From the IMG/VR virus record IMGVR_UViG_3300042398_000969, positions 1 through 64,000 of that record: a stretch of 64,000 bases of DNA; one strand, given 5' to 3'. The notes beneath the pieces are model-generated. The model saw only the letters and a program-made list of their open reading frames with translations. It was not told where the DNA came from and searched no databases. Origin of the DNA: a virus. A program made the translations under genes and the position numbers. Below are positions 28,043-37,123 of the stretch, piece by piece. Each line of letters opens with the position of its first letter. Position 1 is the first letter of the stretch.

Positions 28043-29182
28043 TTATGCTCTCCAGCCACAATGTCCAGAAGATGTTCCACCATTAACACCGGGAGCTAAT
28101 CCACTGGGATTAACAGTCCCCGTATCTGTTGTATAACTAAACCTCCAACTAGTATTTACTTGTGCACCGTCATAACATCCTAACATATATTGATGATCTT
28201 GTCCCATTGTGAAATTCTCTTCACCACAGTTACCGTGAGGTTTTGAAACATTCCCAATATTTGTTTCCGTGAAAACGTTCCATCTTCTTAAGTTATATCC
28301 TCCATTGTAATTTCCTTCATTTCCAGCATACCCTTTACCAACCTTAGAACTAATTCCTTTTTGTTGTCCACTGGCTCCCCATTGTTGATTATTTGTAAAT
28401 GTATCGTTTGCAAAAAATAATTTTGTACCACTTTGTTGTGTCCAACCATACCCATAATTCTCATCAGAAAATCCTGATGCCCCTGAAGGTCCACTACCTG
28501 TAATTGACGAGGTATTTGTTATGTATGGTGAAGCTACTTGGTAATAAACACTATACATTGTTTCATTTGTTAAATTAAATTTTTCAACTGTTGCAACCGA
28601 AGCACCAAATATCCAAGCAAATTCTGTTTCTTGATGCAAAGTACCACAGTCATCTCTAGCATTTGCTAAATCCCATTTTGATTGATGTGCGTATGCTGTT
28701 TCATTAACCATGTGTACACCACTTGTCCATGTTGAATGAACGGTGTTATCTCCTTTAAATGCCCCATCGGTATTTGTTGACCAAAGAAATAAAATACTTT
28801 TACTACACGCTCCTGAAGTATATGATGCTGGGTAATCTAAAAGTTCACCTAAATGAACCGTTTGATCTGTTGAGTTTGTTGTTCTATGAACATTTCTCCA
28901 TGGCGATGCATTTTTATAACCACCCGCTAAATAAGAAAAATTAATTACTTGTCTATATTTGAACCCAGTTCTATCTGTGTTTTGCGAACCGACAGGTTCC
29001 CACCCATCGTCATAATTTGATGATGCTGTATATGTTACAACAAAACTACCACTAGGAGATTCTTCTAAATATAATGAACCAATATCAGGACTGGTTGGTC
29101 TATTTGCTCTTGGCCCTCTAGGTATAATATATTGTCCACTAACATTTAAGGAACCGCTTACTTCAACATTTTCTCTTAGCAT
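28043..29182 (-). CDS. kelch/beta-propeller-like virion-associated protein, paralog 1
   Basis: Same motifs; starts 17 nt after the giant fibre gene. Confidence 0.65.
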   Translation of the reverse strand: MLRENVEVSGSLNVSGQYIIPRGPRANRPTSPDIGSLYLEESPSGSFVVTYTASSNYDDGWEPVGSQNTDRTGFKYRQVINFSYLAGGYKNASPWRNVHRTTNSTDQTVHLGELLDYPASYTSGACSKSILFLWSTNTDGAFKGDNTVHSTWTSGVHMVNETAYAHQSKWDLANARDDCGTLHQETEFAWIFGASVATVEKFNLTNETMYSVYYQVASPYITNTSSITGSGPSGASGFSDENYGYGWTQQSGTKLFFANDTFTNNQQWGASGQQKGISSKVGKGYAGNEGNYNGGYNLRRWNVFTETNIGNVSKPHGNCGEENFTMGQDHQYMLGCYDGAQVNTSWRFSYTTDTGTVNPSGLAPGVNGGTSSGHCGWRA

Positions 29183-29199
29183 AATCTAATATAATGATT

Positions 29200-32100
29200 T
29201 TATCCTGTAACTACAAGTCTTCCTGATCTAGATGATGCAAAAGTTACAATTACTTGTGTTGATGATATTCTTATATTAGAAGGGAAGAACATGTCTCCGT
29301 TTGTATCAAACACTTGTGCAGTTAAATTTGCAGTACCTAGGTTATGTGTAAATGTTAAACTAGTTACACTAGAGAACGTTGTGGCGCTACTTAATGCAAC
29401 TCTCTTCCACCCAGCCCAAGTACCATTATTTTTTCCCCTAACATACATGATACCCGTCCGATAATCACCATATATTTGATGTTGCCAACTAGAACTATAT
29501 ATTTGAGAATACAATGCACCATCTGTTGAGTTACCTGTTAGGTTTGTGCTACTACCATCCACATCGGTAACATAAGTCATACCATTTGAATCTAATGTGT
29601 TTGCTGCTACTGCTGAGTTTGATCCCGTATTTCTAAATCCAACACCATCGATTTGGTCCGCCGATGTTGCTGTTGCGGCGTTACCACTAATACTGATACC
29701 CCAGTTACCACTTGCACCAGTACCTGTTAATGTTGGTGAATATGAATTATAGTTACCGGCATGTAATGCTGTGTTTCCACCTATCGTTAATGCGGTATGG
29801 AAATTAGGAATACCTCCACCGCTAATTGAGAAAATATAACCGGTGTTTGTTCCACTATTTTTATATATGTAGAATGGTGTTGCATCGGTATTAGATCTAC
29901 CAACTATCTCCCATAAGTTTGACCCCGCTGAACTTTGAAATTGTATTATATTACCACTTGTTGAGGTTAACTCTCTTAAATTTAACACCCGACTATCGGT
30001 GTCACTTGTTAGTGTAACAGCTTTAAAAGTTGGTACTGCAGATGTATGTATATTTTGTGGTAATGATAATGTTACACCACCTGTTGATGCACTTGCAGTT
30101 ATTTGATTTGCTGTTCCGGTAATTGATGTCACACCACTATTAGTAACAGTAACCGCACCTGTAGTAGCATTCACGCTAATACCAGTACCAGCAGAAACTG
30201 AAGTAACTTTAGCATCTGTATATGTTGTACTAATTGAAGAACCTTGCCATACACCAGTTGTCACTGTACCCATGTAAACAGTACCATCACCATACACTCT
30301 TAACAAATTATCAGCACCCCAATGACCAAGACTTACATAGTTACTATTTGATGCCGAACTAGACCAATTATAACCCAAGTATCCAGCATTTTTAGTGCTA
30401 CCCGCTTGACCAACAACTAAAATGTTTGTTTGACCGGCAGTCATGTTTGCTGAAAAGTTTTCTTGCGAATGTATAAATGATGTTGCAGTTGACGTGTTGA
30501 TTTTTAATGTTGCAGCACCTGCAGTTCCTGTTGAACCTATGATTAATTGACCGGTCATCGTGTCACCCGTCTTTTGTACAAAGGTTGATGTTAATTGTGC
30601 TGAACCAGAAACAATACCACTTGGTATGTTAGATAACCCTGTATAAGAAACTTGTGAAGATCCAGATACTAAACCACTTGGTATTGAACTTATACCTGAA
30701 AAAGTAATTTGTGATGAGCCAGAAACTAAACCTGCAGGTATACTACTAATACTTAAGAAAGTAATTTGACTCGATCCAGAAACCAATGCTGGTTTATCCG
30801 TAATTCCGTTAAACGATATTTGCGCTGAACCTGAGACAACAGATATTCCGTTAAAGAATGCACCAGAATGAATTGTTGTTCCGGCTAATACTTGTGATGA
30901 TCCTGATACAGTTCCAGCAGGTAATGATGAAATAACTTGTGCAGATCCTGATACAACACCAGATGGTAATTGCGCAGAACCAGACCAAATACCTGTTCCA
31001 CTTAATACCTGAGATGATCCTGACACCACACCCGATGGTAATTGCGCTGAACCTGACCATATACCCGTACCAGATAACACTTGTGATGATCCAGATATAA
31101 CACCTTCTGTGTTAAGTTCTTTTTTAACACCATCTAAGAAATGTACCGAACCGGTGTCTAATGTTAATGTTCTTGTTGATGCAATTGTACCACCACCACT
31201 TAAACCGCTACCAGCAGATACTGAAACAGACGTGTGATCAATGTGTTGATTTGCATCATAGTTTGTTGTTGCATTATGATTTACTTGTGACGATCCACTA
31301 ATAACACCATCACTATTTAATTTAGATTTAATAGTTGTGTTAATTGAACTAGTAAATGAATTCAACGAACCCGTACTTGTTTCAACATTGTTAATTCTAG
31401 TAACTTGTGTGTTGAATTCTGTTTCTCTTACTAATCTTTGTTCTGATCCTAATTGACCGGCAATCCAGTAATCATTTGTTGCATCCCATAAAAGTGAACC
31501 AGAAATTTGGCTTACTCCTGTGGTGTCTTTAACTCTTAGACCAGCATTAGATGCACCAGCACCATTAAGATTAATTAAATTGTTATCAACATCTAATGTT
31601 GATGTATTAACGTTTGTTGTTGTTCCTTTAACCAATAAGTTACCTCTAACAGTTAAGTTAGAACCGGTTAATTCCACAGCCGTTAATAATGATGATGTGA
31701 AAGTATTTAAACTGCTAGTAGATGTTTCTATTGCAGTTATATTAGGGCTAGTTATATTTCCCGTAACTTTTAATGTTCCAGTTACTTCTGTATTTGAATT
31801 AATTGATACCTTAGTTCCAGTGTCGGTAATATTACTATCACCAAGGTGTTCGGCGTTAACCGATTTCACAATTCTATTTATTGTTGGATATAATTCAGAC
31901 CCAAGACTATCGAATGATTGAGGCCCCATTAATAACACAGAAGATGTTAGTGGTGACCCAGCTATTGCCTGATGAACAAACAACCATTGGTCATTAACAG
32001 AATCGAAAAGTAATGACCCGGAAACTGTTGGTGATGAACCACTGTCTATAACCGCTAATCCACCAAATCTTGTACCTGGGTTTTGTACGTTGACAGTTAT

Positions 32101-34329
32101 AATATTTGTACCAATGTTTAAGGTGCTTTGAGAAATAAAATTGATTGATGATGAACCACCAATAAGTAAGTTTTGTGAAACGTATAAAGATCCTGTAATT
32201 GTTTGATCGCCTTGGAATACATTTGATCCGGTAGTTGCATAACTACCGGTTTTACCTTCAATAGAATCTAATCTATTATTTTGATTTAAATTTACTGTTG
32301 CAACAGATGAAGATAAACTTCCAATACTTGAACTTAGTCCTGATGTTGTTGTTGCAACGCTTGAACTTAAAGAACTTATTGATAATGTTAATCCAGACGT
32401 TGTTGTAGCAATACTAGAACTTAATCCATTTGTTGTTGTTGCAACAGAAGAACTTAATCCATTAATTGCAGTATTGATACTAGAACTTAATTCTCCAACA
32501 CTTGTAGATATACTTGAACTAAATGTCGAATAACCGGTAGTTCCCGTAATTAAAACTTGTGCACTACCAGATATTACTGATTCAGTATTAAGTTTAGTTT
32601 TAATTGTTGTATCAATAGAAGATGTGAATGAATTCAACGAACCCGTTGATGTTTCAATACTGGTTAATCTACTATTTTGAGTATCATTAGTTGAACTAAG
32701 TGATGAAGATATACTTCCAATACTTGAACTTAACCCAGATGTTGTTGTAGCCACCGATGAACTTAATGTATTAATAGATGTACTAACACTAGAACTTAAT
32801 GATCCAATACTTGTAGATATACTTGAACTAAATGTTGAATATCCTGTGGTACCTGTGATTAATACTTGAACACTTCCAGATATAATAGATTCACCATTAA
32901 GTTTATTTTTAATTGTGGTATCGATCGAACTACTGAATGTGTTTAAACTACTTGTTGTTGATTCAATACTACTTAGTTTATTATTTTGTGTATCATTAAT
33001 AGAACTAAATGATGATGATAAAACACCAACACTAGAACTTAACCCCGATGTTGTTGTGGCAACAGAAGAACTTAATGAACCTATAGATGAACTAAGACCT
33101 GATGTCACACTTTCAACAGATGAACTTAAAGAACCTATACTTGAACTTAGTCCTGATGTTGTTGTTGCAATACTAGAACTTAATGCTCCGATGCTTGTAG
33201 AGATACTTGAACTAAATGTAGAATATCCAGTTGTTCCTGTAATATTAACCTGAATTGAACCAGAAATAACATTTTCTTCGTTCATCTCATTCTTAATTCT
33301 GGTGTCTATTGAATTGGTGAATGTATTATATGATGATGTAGAATTTTCAATAGCAAATAGTCTACCATCGTTTGATGATGTATATGCCTGAAAAGTTGTT
33401 TCATCTAATTTACCTGTACCAATTGCTTGACCATTTAATGTAATAGAACCAGTTATATTAACTGAGCCGGTAACGTTATGAGATCCACTAATATCGACGG
33501 ACCCAGTAACAACCAATGAGCCACTTGTTCTTTGAATATTTGTAAAGTTGTTTGACCCGGTTGTGGCAAGTGCAGTTGTATCTACGTTAATGAGACCAAT
33601 ACTAGATTGACCATGTAGAAAATCCGAATATACTGTTATAGCATTACCCATACCAACATGAAAGTCGCAGTAATAATAGAGTGTTGCAGCAGTAGCATCG
33701 GTAACCTCAACTTCAATATAGAAAGGGTCAGCATTAGTTGTTACTCCGGTGGTATATTCCGTACCTCCATTGTGTCTCCCGTTGTCAATTAAAGAGAAAC
33801 GTAATGGATGCTGCCCTATGTTATTATAATAAAATCTATATTTGAATCCCCTAATGAAGGATAACCTTGGGTTTCTAACCCCGTTAATAAAGTATTTCCC
33901 ACCCCCATCTGTTAGGGTTATATCAACAATGTTGTTACTACCTAAATTTACTTTATTAAGTTTTAACGCCCCTGTGATTTCAGTATTTGAGTTAACTTTT
34001 AAACCGTTTGCAGAAGAAATGGATGCGGTAGCACTACCATCAGCAATTCTTGTTAAATTAAGCCCCGTAACCCCACTAGCAGGGATATTATATAATTTAG
34101 ACCCGTCACCATTAAAAGAACCTGTAAAAGATCCAGTGGTGTAGGATGAGGTAAAAGCCCCAAAACTAGATGTTAATGTGTAATTTGCAGCATGTGATGT
34201 AGAAACGGCGTTTTGTGATGTACCAGAAATTGTGGCAAATAATGTGCCTATTACTCTTAAATCACCAGAAATTTCTCCTGAACCAGATACTGATAGGGAG
34301 CCCGATATGTGTGGATCAAATATATTCAT
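29200..34329 (-). CDS. giant Ser/Thr/Gly-rich tail fibre-like structural protein (1709 aa)
   Basis: SGS-rich repeats, VQKTGDTMTG fibre motif, knob-like QIYGDYRTGIMYVRG..W..WKRV, C-terminal THNLG domain, cupredoxin-like LYYYCDFHVGMG. Confidence 0.8.
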   Translation of the reverse strand: MNIFDPHISGSLSVSGSGEISGDLRVIGTLFATISGTSQNAVSTSHAANYTLTSSFGAFTSSYTTGSFTGSFNGDGSKLYNIPASGVTGLNLTRIADGSATASISSANGLKVNSNTEITGALKLNKVNLGSNNIVDITLTDGGGKYFINGVRNPRLSFIRGFKYRFYYNNIGQHPLRFSLIDNGRHNGGTEYTTGVTTNADPFYIEVEVTDATAATLYYYCDFHVGMGNAITVYSDFLHGQSSIGLINVDTTALATTGSNNFTNIQRTSGSLVVTGSVDISGSHNVTGSVNITGSITLNGQAIGTGKLDETTFQAYTSSNDGRLFAIENSTSSYNTFTNSIDTRIKNEMNEENVISGSIQVNITGTTGYSTFSSSISTSIGALSSSIATTTSGLSSSIGSLSSSVESVTSGLSSSIGSLSSSVATTTSGLSSSVGVLSSSFSSINDTQNNKLSSIESTTSSLNTFSSSIDTTIKNKLNGESIISGSVQVLITGTTGYSTFSSSISTSIGSLSSSVSTSINTLSSSVATTTSGLSSSIGSISSSLSSTNDTQNSRLTSIETSTGSLNSFTSSIDTTIKTKLNTESVISGSAQVLITGTTGYSTFSSSISTSVGELSSSINTAINGLSSSVATTTNGLSSSIATTTSGLTLSISSLSSSVATTTSGLSSSIGSLSSSVATVNLNQNNRLDSIEGKTGSYATTGSNVFQGDQTITGSLYVSQNLLIGGSSSINFISQSTLNIGTNIITVNVQNPGTRFGGLAVIDSGSSPTVSGSLLFDSVNDQWLFVHQAIAGSPLTSSVLLMGPQSFDSLGSELYPTINRIVKSVNAEHLGDSNITDTGTKVSINSNTEVTGTLKVTGNITSPNITAIETSTSSLNTFTSSLLTAVELTGSNLTVRGNLLVKGTTTNVNTSTLDVDNNLINLNGAGASNAGLRVKDTTGVSQISGSLLWDATNDYWIAGQLGSEQRLVRETEFNTQVTRINNVETSTGSLNSFTSSINTTIKSKLNSDGVISGSSQVNHNATTNYDANQHIDHTSVSVSAGSGLSGGGTIASTRTLTLDTGSVHFLDGVKKELNTEGVISGSSQVLSGTGIWSGSAQLPSGVVSGSSQVLSGTGIWSGSAQLPSGVVSGSAQVISSLPAGTVSGSSQVLAGTTIHSGAFFNGISVVSGSAQISFNGITDKPALVSGSSQITFLSISSIPAGLVSGSSQITFSGISSIPSGLVSGSSQVSYTGLSNIPSGIVSGSAQLTSTFVQKTGDTMTGQLIIGSTGTAGAATLKINTSTATSFIHSQENFSANMTAGQTNILVVGQAGSTKNAGYLGYNWSSSASNSNYVSLGHWGADNLLRVYGDGTVYMGTVTTGVWQGSSISTTYTDAKVTSVSAGTGISVNATTGAVTVTNSGVTSITGTANQITASASTGGVTLSLPQNIHTSAVPTFKAVTLTSDTDSRVLNLRELTSTSGNIIQFQSSAGSNLWEIVGRSNTDATPFYIYKNSGTNTGYIFSISGGGIPNFHTALTIGGNTALHAGNYNSYSPTLTGTGASGNWGISISGNAATATSADQIDGVGFRNTGSNSAVAANTLDSNGMTYVTDVDGSSTNLTGNSTDGALYSQIYSSSWQHQIYGDYRTGIMYVRGKNNGTWAGWKRVALSSATTFSSVTSLTFTHNLGTANLTAQVFDTNGDMFFPSNIRISSTQVIVTFASSRSGRLVVTG
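30600..31100 (-). repeat. coding tandem repeats (VSGSSQ / SGSAQ units, including a duplicated 24-aa unit)
   Basis: SGSSQVLSGTGIWSGSAQLPSGVV occurs twice with synonymous divergence, followed by about 19-aa VSGSSQI.F..I..P.GL units. Confidence 0.8.
32290..33260 (-). repeat. coding repeats (LSSSIGSLSSSVATTTSG and ISGS.QV.ITGTTGYSTFSSSISTS units)
   Basis: Three copies of the GTTGYSTFSSSISTS block interleaved with many 7/11-residue LSSS units. Confidence 0.8.
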
Positions 34330-34411
34330 CTAAATATGGTATTATTTACTTAGATAAATACTTTGGTTGTGGGTTATTCTTTCTGAATTAGTTATGAATT
34401 GAATTTATAAT

Positions 34412-35071
34412 TTAAATCATTTTTCTGTGGGTCACATCTATTCTAACCCTTATATTTGGGGATAATATATATTTTTCATAATGGGCTTGGATTAATTTTA
34501 ACCCCAAATATTCCAATAAGTCGTTTATTGTACCCTCATCGTGCTTTTCATATATATCTTCGTAATAAAATAATGGGTATTTTTTATTTTGTGATAGGTT
34601 ATGTAAAATATCACTAGATTCGTTATATCTTTTAATCATAGTTTCAATATATGAAGGTTTAATTTTTGTCATGTCATATATTTTTGGGACATGCCATCCA
34701 ACCCCTCTTTCCCTACTCCATGTTTCATTGATAGTAAAACTTTCCGCCTGATGAGTTTTATTTTTTCTATCTAATATCACAATTTTATCAAAGAATGTGT
34801 CACACCATTCAAAATATTCATGTACATTATTGAAGTTTTTTCTTGGGAATTCGTCATAACCAACGATTAATAAGTTTTTTACTAAAATATTATCATAACT
34901 TAATAACGGTTCTATTGTGTCACAATCAAATTTATCAAAATAATCTTTATAATTAGAATCGTTATATGGTTCCATAAACATTTTGTAATTCGGTAATTCT
35001 ATATGCGAATCAATAAACTTAGTCAAGGACGTTGACCCACTTCTTGGGGTTGCCAATATTAAAATTTTCAT
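34412..35071 (-). CDS. sulfotransferase-like (P-loop) protein
   Basis: ILATPRSGSTSL PAPS-binding loop, EP, ILDRKN..QAES, YYEDI. Confidence 0.75.
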   Translation of the reverse strand: MKILILATPRSGSTSLTKFIDSHIELPNYKMFMEPYNDSNYKDYFDKFDCDTIEPLLSYDNILVKNLLIVGYDEFPRKNFNNVHEYFEWCDTFFDKIVILDRKNKTHQAESFTINETWSRERGVGWHVPKIYDMTKIKPSYIETMIKRYNESSDILHNLSQNKKYPLFYYEDIYEKHDEGTINDLLEYLGLKLIQAHYEKYILSPNIRVRIDVTHRKMI

Positions 35072-35586
35072 AAAAGATTTCTAGATTTCATTCTAAACTT
35101 ATGTATAAACATAGCAATTGCCCATCGTTCTCCGTTTATGATTGGGGTAACTTGGTGTGGTGTTTGGGATTGGTATATGCACACGTTACCTATCTTTTTG
35201 TCGATAAATATAGGTTTATCATTTTCATCGAATACTAAATAATCTCCTCCTTCAAAATCTTCGTTTAATATAATACCAACATTCCATTCCTTTATAGGGG
35301 TTCCTGTATCAATGTGTTTACTGAACTCATCTCCTGATGTATAGTGATGTAAGTTTAACTTTGTCGGTCTTAAAAAAATGTGTAGATTCGTTTCTTTTTC
35401 GAAATAATTACACATTCTATCAATAACCCAATCGATATCGGGTAGGTAATCCAATGCATAAAATTTGTATCTAAAATTGTTAAATTCATCCCATCTACCA
35501 TTGTCACCTAATAATGGGTATTTATCTTTTAAATTTATAATAGATTCACATTCGTCTTTTGTAAATAGGATAGATTGTATTAACAT
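35068..35586 (-). CDS. 2OG-Fe(II) oxygenase (prolyl-4-hydroxylase-like)
   Basis: FSKHID (HxD), LNEDFEGG, HQVTPI..GER. Confidence 0.88.
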   Translation of the reverse strand: MLIQSILFTKDECESIINLKDKYPLLGDNGRWDEFNNFRYKFYALDYLPDIDWVIDRMCNYFEKETNLHIFLRPTKLNLHHYTSGDEFSKHIDTGTPIKEWNVGIILNEDFEGGDYLVFDENDKPIFIDKKIGNVCIYQSQTPHQVTPIINGERWAIAMFIHKFRMKSRNLL

Positions 35587-35614
35587 TTTCTTTATTTATA
35601 TGTTGTTGAATTAC

Positions 35615-36292
35615 TTATATTAGTGAAGTATAATTTTCTTTTCTAATATTTCTAATTTCTTTTATTAGTTGATTATTTGTACCATATTCGGAATGTGGTT
35701 TCCAATTAGTGCCCATCTGAATATATTGAAGTTCTGCATTCCATCTATTTTTATCAACACCGATAATATCTATGGTTTTAGCATATTCACCAGTCAACCA
35801 CCAAAAGTTACCTGAATAAATTATATTTTTAGAGTTATTTACGGTTTCCAATAAAACACCGTATGTGTTAAAATCGGTTCTATCAAATATTTTAAGTACA
35901 TTTTTAACTCTTTCAATGTTAAAATATTGCATTAAATTTCTCCAATTTGACTCCCTATTGTATTTATTTTTGTTTTTTAATTTGGATGCCCCTTTAGTAT
36001 GAAAATAAAAAATATAATCCGAATTTTCAAATATCTCTTTATCTTTTTCTATTAAATTTAAAGTAACAAATTCGTTTCCTCTTGGGTAAATGTCTCTTAT
36101 TATATAATTTGATTTATTGTAATCATGAAATTTTCTTATAATTGAGTCGGTTGGCGGATTATCGTCTGATATTGAGATACCTACATTTAAAATATATGGG
36201 AAATTAAAGTGTTTTTCTATTAAAGAGATTTGTTCATCAATTATTGACTCCACTCCTTCTATTGAATATATGTGATAATAAATTCTTACCAT
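35615..36292 (-). CDS. putative glycosyltransferase-like protein
   Basis: YFHTKG and YSGNFWW motifs seen in phage glycan-island proteins. Confidence 0.5.
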   Translation of the reverse strand: MVRIYYHIYSIEGVESIIDEQISLIEKHFNFPYILNVGISISDDNPPTDSIIRKFHDYNKSNYIIRDIYPRGNEFVTLNLIEKDKEIFENSDYIFYFHTKGASKLKNKNKYNRESNWRNLMQYFNIERVKNVLKIFDRTDFNTYGVLLETVNNSKNIIYSGNFWWLTGEYAKTIDIIGVDKNRWNAELQYIQMGTNWKPHSEYGTNNQLIKEIRNIRKENYTSLI

Positions 36293-36329
36293 TATAAACT
36301 ATATTATATTTTTTTCCGTTTATAATTAC

Positions 36330-36989
36330 TCATAAAAATTTCACTTTTTTATTGTTATTATAATTTTTAATTAAATCATAAAGATAATTAGACATTTGTT
36401 CGTGACCATGTTCGCTAAAGTGTTTGTCAGATATTTCACCATTTGTTTCATCAAATATTGTTTCTATTTTTTGTGTGATTGGTGTAACAAGCATACCATC
36501 GGTTTCTTGTTTATATGGTGACCAATTAATAATAACGTTATTTGGGTACATTTGATCAATCAATCTAATATATCTGTTTATCTCATCAATATAAATTTGG
36601 TTATTTCTATTAACAACGATTTCATTTAAACAATCAACACAAATATCTGTCATATAAATGATATCGTTTAATTCATCGTTGCTTAAACTATTTGGTCTAA
36701 TTGTTAAGAAATTACCTTTTTTGGATACAATTCTAAATCTTATTGTTGATGACCACCCAATAATAATAATATCATTCGAATTAATTCTACTTAAACTATC
36801 AATTACGGTATCGATAATTGTATAATTATCTGCACCACTAATCCCCATGTTTCTATAGGTAATATTTAATTTATTGGATAAAAAATCTGAAAATACTTTT
36901 GGTACATACCCCTTCCTTTCAACATAACTAGGAACTAGTCGATTATTTTTGGCCGAGAATGAGTCGCCAAAAACCCACAGCTTTGACAT
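36330..36989 (-). CDS. SGNH/GDSL-like protein
   Basis: WVFGDSFS, GISGADN, DKHFSEHGH (DxH). Confidence 0.7.
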   Translation of the reverse strand: MSKLWVFGDSFSAKNNRLVPSYVERKGYVPKVFSDFLSNKLNITYRNMGISGADNYTIIDTVIDSLSRINSNDIIIIGWSSTIRFRIVSKKGNFLTIRPNSLSNDELNDIIYMTDICVDCLNEIVVNRNNQIYIDEINRYIRLIDQMYPNNVIINWSPYKQETDGMLVTPITQKIETIFDETNGEISDKHFSEHGHEQMSNYLYDLIKNYNNNKKVKFL

Positions 36990-37000
36990 AAAATAACTAA

Positions 37001-37114
37001 TTAAGAATGTTTATTTCTTATTGCTGTGAATATTGTATGTAATATGTTTAAACAATTAATTTTATCTGTTGTTTGAACCTGTAAAATTGTTGGTCTTTCT
37101 AATAATTTTGCCAT
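37001..37114 (-). CDS. 37-aa peptide downstream of ATP-grasp-Hint gene, missed by ORF track
   Basis: MAKLLERPTILQVQTTDKINCLNILHTIFTAIRNKHS; exactly fills the gap between two genes. Confidence 0.65.
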   Translation of the reverse strand: MAKLLERPTILQVQTTDKINCLNILHTIFTAIRNKHS

Positions 37115-37123
37115 TTTGTTTTA

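Noticed and set aside
30600-33260. CRISPR array or DGR template/variable repeat
   Set aside because: Repeats are in-frame coding units differing at synonymous positions, with no spacers, no adenine-specific variation and no cas or RT gene in the window
31520-34144. Plus-strand ORFs opposite the fibre gene (and similar short antisense or alternate-frame ORFs elsewhere, e.g. 1914, 8199, 12198, 58332)
   Set aside because: Shadows of real genes caused by codon bias; no motifs
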